From Dictyostelium discoideum (taxonomy: Eukaryota): 64,000 bases of DNA. The notes beneath the pieces are model-generated. The model was not told where the DNA came from and did not search any database. It was given only the letters and a program-made list of their open reading frames with translations. The stretch is from contig CM000153.2 of the NCBI GenBank assembly GCA_000004695.1, positions 4,064,001 to 4,128,000 of the forward strand, given 5' to 3'. A program made the position numbers and the translations under genes. Shown here piece by piece: positions 49,278 to 62,890 of the stretch. Every line of letters starts with the position of its first letter. Position 1 is the stretch's first letter.

Positions 49278-50367
49278 GATTTTGTTGAGTTTGTTGTTGT
49301 TGTTGTATATACAGTTTATTATTATTATTTAAATTATTTAAATTATTATTTAAATTATTATTATTATTATTATTATTTACAATTGGTGGTGATAAAGATG
49401 AAGTTGAAGAAGATAAAGAAATTGATAATGAAGAATTTGAAGGTGAAATTGTAAGACTATTTAAATTATTAAAACTTGTTGAATCGATTAAATCCATTCT
49501 TTCGAAATTGAATTGTTTAATTGCAACTGTATTATTTTTATAGATACCTTTATAAACACGACTAAAACCACCAACACCAATTTCCTCTTGATAGATTAAA
49601 TCCTCTTTTGAAACTTTTTTATTTGAAGATACTGAAGATAGAGTGATATCTGGTGAAATTTTACAAAGGGAAACCAATTTCATAGTGATTGGACATTTTG
49701 TATGTGATTCACCTTTACCAAAAGTTTCTTCAATTAAATCAATTGGGAAAAGGTGTGGTAAATCACGACATTCGCAACTACATGAGCAAGGTATATAAGT
49801 TTGTGATTGATTAATTTGATAATCCTTTAAGATGGTATCAACATTTTCTAAAACGATTTGAAATAGTTTTGCACATGCATCAAATTCATGGCCTCTTACA
49901 CGGATTTGTAATTGTTGAGTCACTGTATCAAATTCAACCAATGTGCCACAACTTGACATACTATCTTTGATGTTTTCACGATAGGTTTGAGTTTTTCTAA
50001 AGAGAATACCAGTACTCCAATAAACGATTGGTTCCATCATATAGAGGAATCTAACCATTACCCTTTCGAAACAATTCTTTGCTGAGATATTTCTAAATTG
50101 ATAATATCTTCCAATTTGATGTTCATCTTCACCACTCCATGTGTCCCAAAGTGAAGCTAAATGTGATGGTTTACCATTTGGTAATAAACATGGTATAATT
50201 ATACGATTAAATGATATATAACTACCATTTTGTAATAAATTACCACTACTATTACTATTACTATTTAAAATACTATTATTACTTAATGAAGATGAATTAT
50301 TTTCAATTGATTTTAAATTTTTTAATGAATTTCTTAAAAGTTTTGGTGATGTTGATATTGGTTGTGG

Positions 50368-50402
<35 letters not shown>

Positions 50403-51105
50403 CACTCTTATTATTATTATTATTATTTGGATTAGTAAATACAGATTGTGAAGAATTTGATAAACTTAATGAAGGTGAAGATGAAATTTCAGCTGATAAG
50501 GTTACAACTGTTGGTAATGGTGAAGATGATGATCTTGATTCAATTGAATAACTCATTGAATTTAAACTATTTTCTTTTGATAAATTTCCAAATGATTTTT
50601 GTTGTTGTTGTTGTTGTTGTAATTGTTGTAAATTTGAATTATTTTTTAAAGTATAAAGAATTTGATATCTTTCTAAAAGTTTTAATAATTTAATATGAAA
50701 TTGTTCTGGTACAATATTTGGTTTCCAAATATTTTTTAAATTACTTAATAATAAAATACCATCGGAATTAATGAATGAATGTTTTGCTAATAATAATTTA
50801 TAGAAACAATCACTAAACCATTGTGGATCTAAAATGACGAAATCTTTAAGTGAAGATTTTGAATCTTCAAACCAAATAATTGAACCCCATCTATTTAATG
50901 TATTTGTAGCACGTACTAATTTCTCATATGATGAAGTTGTAAAATTTGATAACTTTGCAATATTTTGATATTCATCCCATGTTACAATTGGTCTTTTCTT
51001 TGCTTCCTCTTGTAAATTAGTTTCTAATGTTATATAAATGCTTGGTATTCTTTCATTTAACCAATTTGTTGTTGAAATTGAATTACTTTGTTTATTATTA
51101 TTATA

Positions 51106-51140
<35 letters not shown>

Positions 51141-53474
51141 TTTGATTTAATAAAGTTTGAATTATTTCATTTTTTAATAAATCAATATTTCTTAAAGTTG
51201 TTGAAGAAACACCAATTACACCAGTGACTTCTAATGAACGTTGAGTTAAATATTGATCAATTTCATTTAATGGTACTAAAATATCACCACCATATTGATT
51301 AAAAGTATCTATATGAGTTGCAACTATATAGATTGGCGCATTTGGTGCTTTCTTTTTAATTGATTCAACCCAAAATTCCAAACCACTATGTGATAAATCT
51401 TTATTGATATCATAAGTAACTAAATAAAATGCACGTTCTGATAAAAAGAATTGATGAGTATGATAATAGACATCAATTGATGGCATTCTAAAATCATAAA
51501 TCATTAATTTTACATTTCTTTTTGTTGGTCTTTTCTTTTCTGGTGTTGTCATTGAAGAACCAAATGAATCTTTTCTTTGTGGTTTTAATTCTGATGTTGA
51601 TGATGATAGTTGTGTTGGTGGTGGTAAAGTACCAGTTGATAAATTTAAATTACTTGATGAAGTCATAATACCATTTTGTTGTTCAGGTGGTAAATCTAAT
51701 TTTAATTGAATTATTTCAATTGGGTCATTTAAAGATACTTCAGATGATGTAACTTTTTTTAAGAAATTAGCAGATTGTCTAGATAATGATTTAGTTTGAG
51801 ATTTTGTTAATGCTTTTACCAATGATGAACGACCAGTTTTTTCACTACCCAACACCATTAGTTTTATATGTGAAAGTGTTTCAGTACCTTCGAATAAATC
51901 TTTAAGATAACCAATTATATGAGTGAACCCTTTTGATGTGATTTCTTTTGGTGGTGATTTAATTATATCACGAGAGAAATCCAATTGTTCTAATAATGGT
52001 AGCGTTGAAAGGAATGAAGGTAACTCATTGATTTTATTTGACCCTAAAACATTCAAAGATTTCAATCTAACCAATAATCCCAACTCTTTTGGAATTTTAT
52101 TAATCTGTTTATTGAATGATAAATCCAATTTCTCTAAACTTTTCAAAGACCCAATCGATTCCGATATTGATGATAACTGATTGGCAGCCAATGATAACTC
52201 TTCTAAATTTGATAATTGAAAGACTACATTTGGTATAACTTGAAAGCAATTATGAGATAGTATTAGCTTAGTTAGGAGCTCCAATCTTGAAAAACTACTT
52301 GGTAATGTCGATAGTTGATTATGTGATAGATTACATGATTCTAAATTATAAAGTGTTGCAATTGATTCCAATTGATTACTCTCTGATAATTGATTGAATG
52401 ATAAATCAATAATACGTAAAAATTTACTAGTATTGATAATGGTTGTCGGTATAATTGAAATACATTTATGAGTTAAACATAAATCATCCAATCTCCTCAT
52501 TGCAACATGATTAATAATTGCTTCTGGTTTTGTTAAAAATTCATAAAAAACATTACCACAATCTTCAACAATTCTATTATCAAATGCTGGTATAGATGAT
52601 GTTGATAATGATAATGGTGATGATGAATATAATTGATTATTACTATTACTACTACTATTTAAAACTGATGCTGGTAATGTTGGTACTAAAAATCCACTAC
52701 CACTACTACTATTATTTAATAATGATGATGATGTTGTTGTTGTTGTTGTTGTTGCTGCTGTTGTTGATAATGATAATGATGATGACATTGTTGCTGTTGT
52801 TGATGATATTGATATTGGTGCTGTAAAACTTAAATTTAAAATGCTACTACTACTACTACTATTACTATTTGATTGTGATTGATTACTTAACTGTTGTAAT
52901 GATATTGAAGAAGGTATTGTAGTTGAAAGTGTTGAAGACATAACACCACCACCACCATTATTATTATTATTATTATTATTTGAAGAATTAAAGATTGTAC
53001 CAACTTCAATGAAAATATTTAAATGCATTAATGCAGAAGCTATTTGAATTGATTCTTTTCTTGTGACTTCTAATTTCTTTACTAGCCAATCAATTAATTG
53101 TGAACCTGAAAAACAAGAAATTGTTGTACCAGCTGCTCCTTTTTTCTTTTTTTGTAATTTTAAACCTTTATCTCCATTCATTAATTCTTGACTCAATTGA
53201 ATTAATTCATCTTTAACTAATGTCACTGTATTTAAATCTTCTAATACTACTTTTGATAATTCATTTATACTATATCTATGATGTTTTTTATTAAAACTAT
53301 TACTATTATATGTTGAATTTGAATTTGTATTTGTTGATGCTAATGATGATGATGTTGATGTTGTTGACGATGATGATGATGATGTTGATGACGATAATGA
53401 TGCTGTTACTAATACTGGTGGAGGTACTGATGATGTACGTCTACTACTATTATTATTACTATTACTATTATTAC

Positions 53475-53540
<66 letters not shown>

Positions 53541-53820
53541 TTTTATCAACAGCAGTTGATGATTTACTGCTTGATTTACCAATACTACCAATTTTAGTAG
53601 ATACTGGGGTTATAGGTGCTGTTGCTGTTGTTGCTGTTGATGTTGCATTATTATTATTATTATTTATATTATTATTATTTTTATTATTATCAAATTGATA
53701 AAATATATAATCATCTTTAAATATTGGATCTGCACCAGATGTAACATTACAAATAATACCCTAGTGGTAATTTTTTTGAAAAAATATAAAAAATGGTTTT
53801 TGAATAAATCTTGTGTTAAT

Positions 53821-53860
<40 letters not shown>

Positions 53861-54101
53861 TTTTTTAAAAAAAAAAAAAAAAAAGATTTATACTTACTGC
53901 ATCAAATAAAGTTTGACCTAATTTAATTGCATCTTCTCTTGTTTTTATATCTGGACAATTTCCAAAAATCCAATCAACGCATTCATAACCAACAAAAACT
54001 GATCTGTATGTTTTATATAAATAAGTTCTATCTTTAATTTGAAGTCCATCACTTGATTGAATTTTATCTTTCAATTTATTTAACTGGTTATAATCAAACA
54101 T
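48361..54101 (-). CDS. Roco-family (LRRK-like) protein: DEP-DEP-LRR-Roc-COR-kinase (TKL); exon 1 about 54101..53897, intron about 53896..53761, exon 2 about 53760..48361
   Basis: Exon 1 (ORF 53865-54101) encodes the first half of a DEP domain (FVGYECVDWIF...REDAIKLGQTLFDA). The GTAAGT donor and an acceptor at ~53761 continue the DEP domain in frame (GIICNVTSGADPIFKDDYIFYQF). A second DEP follows (ISCFSGSQLIDWLVKKLEVTRKESIQIASALMHLNIF), then LRRs (LSHNQLSTLP.. repeats), a Roc-like GTPase region, COR, and a kinase (IGVGGFSRVYKG, VAIKQF, HRDLKSPNILL, DFGLS). Confidence 0.85.
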
Positions 54102-54161
54102 GATTTATAAATTAATAAATCAAATTTTGATAAAATATAAAATATAAAATATTTTTTTTAA

Positions 54162-54192
<31 letters not shown>

Positions 54193-54417
54193 TTATTTCG
54201 CAGGAAAAAAAAATAAAAAAAACCATAAAAAAAAAAAAAAAAAAAAAAATTTTTTTGGAGAGCACTTACCGCAAAATTATTTTTATTTTCCATTTAAAAC
54301 TAGATTTTTTTTTTTTTTTTTTCTTTTTTTTAATAGTTTTTATTTTTTTATTTTTATTTTTATTTTTGTGGTTGTGTACCTATGAGTTTGATTAAATTTA
54401 ATAATATTACAAATAAT

Positions 54418-54449
<32 letters not shown>

Positions 54450-54703
54450 ATTTTATTTTTATTTTTATTTTTTTTTTTTTTATAATTATATTTTTATTTA
54501 TAATTTTTTATTATTTTAAAATTTTTTTTTTTTTTTATTTGATTGCTACTAAAATCAGTAGTTTGAACAATTTCGTTAATTAATTTTTATTATTATTTTT
54601 TTTTTTTATTAAATTTTTTATTTTTTTTTTGATATATTACATTAATAAAAAATAAATATATATATAAATATATATAATTTAAATTTTTATTTAAAAAAAA
54701 AAA

Positions 54704-54756
<53 letters not shown>

Positions 54757-54769
54757 CTAAAACACAAAA

Positions 54770-55010
54770 TACTTGATGAAATTCCCCCCCGGAAAAAAAA
54801 AAAAAAATTTTTTTTTTAAAAACTAAAAAAAAATTTTTTTTTTTTAAAAAAACCAAGGGTTTGGGCCAAAAAAAAAATTTTTTTCCCGGTTTTAAAAAAA
54901 TTTTTTTTTTTGAAATTTTTGGGGGAAAAAAAATTTTAAAAGGGGGTTTTTTTTTTTTTTTTTTTTAAAAAAAAATTTAGGTTTTAAAAAAAAAAAAAAA
55001 AAAAAATTTT
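54770..55010. other. Homopolymer mosaic (A/T runs punctuated by ccccccc, ggggg, ggg runs); probable low-quality sequence or assembly-gap flank
   Basis: 'gaaattcccccccggaaaaaaaaaaaaaaatttttttttt...ccaagggtttgggccaaaaaaaaaattttttt cccggtttt...tttgggggaaaaaaaattttaaaagggggttttt'. Confidence 0.4.
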
Positions 55011-55611
55011 TTTTTTTTTAAAATTATAAAATTAAAAAAAAAAAAAAAAAAAAACCTTTGTTATTATTAAAATTAAAAAATAAAAAAAAAAAAAAAAAAT
55101 AAAAAAAAAAAAAAAAAAAAAAAAAATAAAATAAAATTTTAAAAAAATCTCTTGCAATCACAAAGAGATATTTGAGTTTATGCCCCTCACCCCAAAAACC
55201 ACATACCCTCGTTATAAAAACAAACACATACACACAAACATACAAACACACAACACATAATTATTAATAATTTACATAAAAGGAAAATCATTATCACCAT
55301 AATAATTAAAAAAAAATAATTATTATAATCGAATTATAAAATTCTTATAATTAATTTGAATTAAGGCAACAAACCATAAAAAAAAAAAAATTGCCAAAAT
55401 ACAAATTTGTATATAAAAAAAAAAAAATAAAATAAAATAAAAAAAATAAAATATAATAAAAGATTAATAATTTACAAGTATAAAAAATTTAATTGAGATA
55501 TAATTTTTTATTTTAAAATTAATCTATGAGATTTATAATTATTTTGAGGGGGGTATTTCTTTTCTTTTTTTTTTTTTATTATTTTTTTTTTTTATTTATC
55601 CTTTAATAAAA

Positions 55612-57103
55612 TTATTTATTGATTTGAGCAAAAATTAATGATAAAATTAAAACAATTATTGCCAAAATGAATAACGCCTTAATTACTATGTATAGATATA
55701 AAAAAAAAAAAAAAATTAATAAATCTTGGAAAAAAGATATATATATATTTATATTTATTAAACTTACATTTTGTTGAATTTGATTTACTACCAAATCCAA
55801 TTCTATGAGATTTACAATTATAATCAGCAGAGGAGGAGAAGATGGTAGAGTTATCAGGAGAGAAACAAGCACCGGTTACGACGAAATCATGAGGTTCCCA
55901 TTTATCTAGTGGTTTGAAAGTTTCAGAGTTGTAGGCAGTGATTTTGGCATCGGCAGTTACGATTACTATGGTTTTATTATCGGATGATAGGGCGAAACAG
56001 GTGTTATGGTAGATGTCGACCTCTTTGAATGACTCCTCTTTACCAGTTGTGAAATTCCATTTAGATAAAACCGTACAACCAATTGAATTCTTACCTTTGG
56101 GAATCGACTGAGCGGTATAACAATACAACCCATCCGAAGTGAATTTACAACCACGGAAAACCAATTTAGGTTTTTGTTTATGTAATAGAGTGAATTCGAT
56201 TTTACCATTCAATAAATTGATTATCTTTGCCGAGCAATCACGTGACGTTGTCAATATATGGCTTGATGCAGGGTGAATATCGATATCAGTGATCTCGCCA
56301 CTATGTTGGGGTGATATAATCTTTATGAAATTCAATGATGGTAAACTCCAAACTTTAATTAAATTCTTATCATCAACAATTATAATTCTATCACCATCTT
56401 TATTAAATTTAATTAACTTAATCTCTGTTGATAATGATGTTAATGTTGTTGAGCATAGTGATGGTGTTGATGATGCTGATGCTGATGATGGTGTTGTTGT
56501 TGTTGTTGACTCATTCTCATTATTGGTATTGGCTTCATTTGATTTTACGTCATTTAATGATGGTGATGATGAGGTTGCTTTAATTGCCAAATGGTATGCA
56601 TTTGATGGAATGTTTTTATTGATATCAAATTGTAAAACTTTTTCGAGTTTGTCGTTTTTATAATCTACAATATGGCAAATTGTGCCAACTGGGTAGGCAA
56701 TTTGATTTTTACTATCATTGAATGTAACGTAGGGTATACAATCTTCAGTATCCATTTGATCGATTAATTGAAACTCTGATGAGGATGATCCTTCTAAATT
56801 CCATTTTAATAATGTTATTGCATTTGGAACACCTGTTTTTGAATTACCACCACCACCACCTGTTACAATATATGGACTCTTTACATTTGTTGATGAACTA
56901 CAACAAAATACTGGATAATTTAATTTAATTTTATCTGTAGTTTTAATTGGTGCTTTTGTTGTAGTTGTTGTAGTTGTAGTTGTGATTTTCTTATTATTAT
57001 TATCATCATTATCTTCTTTTTTTATATTTCTTTGCTTTAATTTTGATGATGATGAAGATTCTTTTTCTTGTTTATTTTCTTTTTTTTTTATAGTTTTAGA
57101 CAT
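55612..57103 (-). CDS. Sec12/PREB-like WD40-repeat protein with a C-terminal transmembrane anchor; exon 1 57103..~55768, micro-exon ~55685..55612
   Basis: WD40-like repeats (KLIKFNKDGDRIIIVDDKNLIKVWSL..., ITDIDIHPASSHILTTSRDCSAKIINL...). The GTAAGT donor after ...SKSNSTK (phase 1) joins a cATAG acceptor to give ...LIKALFILAIIVLILSLIFAQINK*, a tail anchor. This matches the overall Sec12/PREB layout, but the family call is tentative. Confidence 0.55.
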
Positions 57104-57361
57104 TATTATTTTTATTATTATTTGTAGTTTTTAGAAGATATTAAAAAAAAAAAAAAAAAACATTTCAAAAAAAAAAAAAAAAAAAAAAAAACTAAAACAA
57201 AAAAAAAAATAAAAATAAAAAAAAATAAAAAAATAAAAAAATAAAAATAATGATGATCATTATTCCAAAAACTAATTTTAGATTTAAATTTTTAAAAAAA
57301 CTTTTTTTTTTATTATTTTTTTTATTTATTTATTTATTTATTTGGTTGTTTATTTATTTAA

Positions 57362-57646
57362 CTTTTCTACCAGATGCTTGACCAGCAGGAGCAGATGTTG
57401 AACAAGAAAATTCACACTTCAAAGCCAAAACTGCAATAAGGATAGCAAAAAGTAAGGTCACAGTTGGTGTGATATTACCAAAATCAAGAGAATCTGCTAC
57501 TAAATCACCATATGGAATTGGATTACTTTTAAGGTGCTAAAATAATTAATTTAAATTTATATTAAAAATTTTAATATTAAAAATAATTATTAGTAATTAT
57601 AATAAAAATAATAAAAATAATAAAAATAATAAAAATAATAATAATA

Positions 57647-57687
<41 letters not shown>

Positions 57688-57800
57688 CTTACACTTTTTA
57701 CAAATGTTGCACCAATTGCTAATGTTTTTAATGAAAAGTTGGCAACAATTGCTGTAAGAAAGGCATAAAATACTGCACAAAAAACAGATAAAATCAACAT
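57362..57800 (-). CDS. Small (~96 aa) predicted two-TM membrane protein; exon 1 57800..~57691, exon 2 ~57537..57362
   Basis: MLILSVFCAVFYAFLTAIVANFSLKTLAIGATFVKS + GTAAGT; after a TTTTAG acceptor: HLKSNPIPYGDLVADSLDFGNITPTVTLLFAILIAVLALKCEFSCSTSAPAGQASGRKVK*. Confidence 0.4.
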
Positions 57801-57877
57801 TTTTTTTTTTTTTTTATATATATATGTATTATGTAAATTAATAATAATAATGAATTATAATAAAAAATAATTGAGTT

Positions 57878-57938
<61 letters not shown>

Positions 57939-58116
57939 AAAATAAAAATAAAAAAATAAAAAACAAAAATAAAAAAACAAAAATAAATTAAAAAAATAAT
58001 AATAATCAAAAGATTTCACACATGATGTGTTTTTTTTCTTTTCTTTTTTTTTTTTTTTTTTTTTTTCTTTTGACCGTTTTGACTTGGTGGTCAAATTTAA
58101 AAAATTTTAAACGTTT

Positions 58117-58471
58117 AATTTTATTCTTTTTTTTGATGAAGTTATAAGTGGTGATGTTGAACCTTTTGGAACAACCTGTTCATCTATAGCCTCATTTAAA
58201 AATGGGTTGATTAAATTATTATTATTATTATTATTGTTATTATTATTATTATTATTATTATTCTGGAAAATAATTATTTTTATAAATAATAAATATTAGT
58301 TTAGATTCAATTTTAATTTTTAATTTTTAATTTTTTTCCCAAATTTAAAAATTTACATACGTTTAAATTTAATGGTTGTATTATTGGCAAATTATTATTA
58401 TTTAAATTATTATTGTTTAAATTATTATTATTATTTATATTATTATTATTATTTATATTATTATTATTTGA

Positions 58472-58534
<63 letters not shown>

Positions 58535-58778
58535 TAAATTATTTAAATTATTGTTTAGATTATTATTACTATTTGCAACAGCCAGTCTCCTTAATAAATC
58601 TCTTTCATTTCTAGGAGTTGTTGGGTTTGATGTGGAATTATTAGGAGTATTTAAAGCACTCAAGGGCGGTGGTGGTTGAGGAAATTGCATTTGTGGTGCA
58701 ACCATAGGTGTTGTAGGAACACTAAATGAGTTTGGTGTCGAAAAATCGTTATTATTATTATTATTATTATTACTATTA

Positions 58779-58819
<41 letters not shown>

Positions 58820-59338
58820 TACATTGGTTTGTTGTTGCTGTGGTAGTTGATCAACTACACTATTATTATTATTTGAAATATCCACTCTAAGATGTGGATG
58901 TTGGTGGTGTTGTTGTTGACCATGATGATGTTGAGGTGAAAGAGTAATATTATTATTATTATTAGGTATTGTTGTAGTAGTTGTTGTTGTTGTTGTAGTT
59001 GTTGTTGTAGGTGGTAATGAGTTTATAGAGATAATTGTATTTGGAGTCATCATTGGTTGAAGTGGTGGAGTTGTAATGGTATTTGGATGATTTAATAGGA
59101 ATGCAGAAGGTTGTGGTTGTAATGGTTGTATTGGTTGATTTACAACTTGATTTTGGTGTTGTTGTTGAAGTTGTTGTTGCTGTTGTTGGAGTAATTGTAA
59201 TTGTTGTTGATGATGCATTTGAATTTGGTGTAATGATAACAAGGATGGAGATGATAGAGGAGATGGTGAGTTTGGATCATTAGGTGGTATTATAAATGGT
59301 GGTACAGTTTGATATTGTTGAGATAACATTGGTTTCAA
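58117..59338 (-). CDS. Gln/Asn/Pro/Thr-rich low-complexity protein; main exon 59338..~58361 with a possible 3' exon ~58264..58117
   Basis: 341-aa ORF (poly-Q, poly-T, poly-N); a GTATGT donor after ...QPLNLN and a TTCCAG acceptor give ...NNNNLINPFLNEAIDEQVVPKGSTSPLITSSKKRIKLNV*; the 5' end is unresolved. Confidence 0.35.
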
Positions 59339-59419
59339 CGTTGGTGAATAAGTTGGTGTTAAATCCCTTATGAAATTATAAAAAATTATATATTGGAATT
59401 TATTATTTTAAAAATTAAA

Positions 59420-59467
<48 letters not shown>

Positions 59468-59625
59468 TTTCTAATTTTTAATAAACTCTTCTTTTTTTAA
59501 TTTTTTTTTTTTTTTTTTTTTTATCCTTTATTTTTGAAAATTTTAAAAAAAAAAAAATAAAAAATATTATATATAGTAGTGTTAGTATGTATTAATTTTG
59601 AAATAACTTATATATTTATTTATTT

Positions 59626-59665
<40 letters not shown>

Positions 59666-59846
59666 TTATAATGCCATCCCTTTTTATTGAAAAAAAAAAA
59701 AAAAAAAAATTAAATTAAATAAAATAAAAAAGGAAAACTTACATGTAATTCAAATATTTTTAGTATTAATACTAATAAAATAGAAATAGTAAGAGAGAAA
59801 GTATTGTGTTAGTGAGTGTGTTGTGTGAGTGTGTTTTAATTACCCC

Positions 59847-59881
<35 letters not shown>

Positions 59882-59939
59882 AAAGTTAAAAATTATAAAA
59901 AAAAAATTATTTATTTATTTATTTTTTTAATTTATTTTT

Positions 59940-60002
<63 letters not shown>

Positions 60003-61468
60003 TAATACTGTTTATTTTAAAATTATTGAGTAAAATTTTAAAAAATAAAATAAAATAAAATTAAATTAGGTTTTTTTTTTTATCACTTTTGAATATCGTG
60101 TATTAAATTTTTTTTTTTTAATTATTATTATTTTTTTTTTTTATATTTTTTTCCAATATATTTTTATTTTTTTTTAATTTTTTTTTTTTTTCTAATTTGA
60201 TTTTAAAAAAAAAAAAAAATAAAAATAAAAATAAAAAAAAAAGATTTTTTTAAAAAATATCTTTTATTTTTAAATCAATGGTTTAATTTTAGATCAATTT
60301 CGTAATATTCATTTTATATTATTATTATTTTTATTATTATATTTTTTTTTTTTTTTTTTAAAAAAAAAATTTCCTTCATTTCGAATGAGTATAATGATTA
60401 TTGAAAGGAGAATTCATAAAATCAAGTAATTTTAATTATATTGTGAAAATTTAACAACACTGTTTTAATTTTATTAATTTTATTTTAATAATTCCACTTT
60501 TATTTGAATTTACAATGAAATGTGAATAGTTGCCCACCAAAAAAAATATAAATAAAAAAAAGAGAGAAAAAATAAATAAAATAAAATAAAATAAAATAAA
60601 AACAATTCTTTTTTTTTTATTTTTTTTATTTTTTTTTATTTTTTTTTTATTTCTTTTTTTTTTTTAAAAATTCAAAAAAAAAAACTAATTGATAAAAATA
60701 AAAAAAAAAAAACACATTGAAATTATAATAAATCATAATAAATAATCTTTTAATAGCACATCAAAACGGCTAAAAATTCTAATTTTTGATCCTTGATTTA
60801 AAAATAATTTTGATTGTTGTAAAAATAAAAAAAACAAACCAAAGTTGGTTTTGTAAATTGGACATGCGATAAAGTGGTTGTGTCCAAAATTTTGAATGGA
60901 AAAAAAAAAAAAAAAAAAAAAAATAATTTTAAAATTCAAAAAAAAAATAAAATTTCAAAAAAAAAAAAAAAAAAAAAAAAAATTTAATTTAAAAAAAACT
61001 TTTTTCTTTTTTTTTTTTTTCATTGTTTTAATAATACATTCTATATATTAATTTTTTATTAATTCTTTCTTTTTTTTTATTTTTTTTTTTTATTTTTCTT
61101 TTATATTTTTTTTTCTTTCTTTCATCAATATTGTTGTATATTATTCTATATTTACATTGGTATATTTATTCACTTTTTTATATTTATATATAATAAATCA
61201 TTTAAAATTTTTGATTTTATATCATATCACACACCACATCATACATATTTAAAAATAAAAAAAATAAAATAAAATAAAAAAAAAAAAAAAAAAAAAAAAA
61301 ACCAAAAACTAAATAATATAAAACTTTGCGCTTTTTGAAAAAAAGAAAAAGGAGATTTTTAAAAAAACTAAAGAGTAAGTCGAAACATAAGTTTTTTTTC
61401 TTAATTTTTAATTTTTTTTTTCCCCACTTTTTTATTGTTTATTTGTTCCAAAAAAAAAAAAATTATTA

Positions 61469-61502
<34 letters not shown>

Positions 61503-62003
61503 TTTCATATTCTCCCAATTTATTCATTCATTCATTATCGCATAATTTCATAATAATTAAAATTTTTTAATCATCCGATTTTCAAAACCCCATAAAAAAA
61601 AAATAAAATAATAATTTTAGGGGGGTTTTTTTAAAATTTTTTTTTTCCATATAAAAAATTCATCATCATCGTCAACAAATCGTTTGAATCTAATATGATC
61701 TTAATCTTTTATTTGGGGTTTTTTTATTTTTAATTATTTTTTTGGATTTTTTTAGTTTTTTTTTTTTAGTTTTTTCTTTTTTAATTAATTCATACTTGGG
61801 TAAATATTTGCAATCATAAAATCAAAAGATATTTTTGTGGTACGGTAGTTATTCATTATCAAATTATTTTTAAAAAAGCCAATTAATCACAAACAACCAT
61901 AAAAATTCTTTTTTTTATGATTATTTTATTTTTTTTATTTTTAATTCAAGTGGGTGTGGATTTTTTTGTGATTTCAATCACAATGTTTGAAGATATCGAA
62001 TTG

Positions 62004-62044
<41 letters not shown>

Positions 62045-62199
62045 AAAATAAAAAAAGTGGAAAAAAAAAGTGGAAAAAAAAAAAAAAAATTGATATATCT
62101 TAGAAGACAAACATGTAATTTATGTTATTGTAAATTAATCCAAAAAAAAACGCCCACCCACCAATAAGCTATAAAAAAAAAAAAAAGAAAAAAAAAAAA

Positions 62200-62300
62200 A
62201 AAAAAAAAAAATTTTTGAGGGGGGTTAATTTTGGAAAAAAAATAAAAATTTTAAAAAAAAACCCCAACAAATTGGAGGAAAACTAAAAATTTGTGTGTCA
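62200..62300. other. Another homopolymer/G-C-run mosaic ('tttttgaggggggttaattttggaaaaaaaataaaaattttaaaaaaaaaccccaacaaattggagg')
   Basis: Seen directly; same character as 36690-37100 and 54770-55010. Confidence 0.35.
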
Positions 62301-62340
62301 TCTGATTTATTAATGTGTATCACATATGTATTATTAATAA

Positions 62341-62381
<41 letters not shown>

Positions 62382-62890
62382 TAAAAAAAGAAAAAAGTGT
62401 GGTTGGTGATACAAAAAAAATTTTTTTTTTTTTTTTTTTTTTTCTTTTTTTTTTTTTAATTTTTTTTTTTTTTTAATTATTTTTTTTTTATTTTTCCTAT
62501 CAGGTTTTTTTTTTTTTTTGGAATTTATTTATTTATTATTTATTACAAACCCCCATTCAAACCCCCAAAAAAAAAAAAAAAAAAATTGAAAAAAAAAAAA
62601 AAAAAAAAAACAGAATTTATTTGTTTAATTTCTCATACCACAATTTATCGTACTCTTTTTTTTTTTTTTTTTAATCATTATTTTACTTACATTTTTAAAT
62701 TATTAATCATTATTCTTTTAAAATTTTTTTTTAAATCAAAATTATTATAGAAAAGAAAATATTTTAATTTGATATTTTTTTAATTTCTTTTTTTAAACCC
62801 TATACAAATAAAAAATAAATAAAATAAAATTTATATATATATAAAATAAATAAAAAAAAAATAAAAAATAAAAAAAAAAAAATAAAAAAA

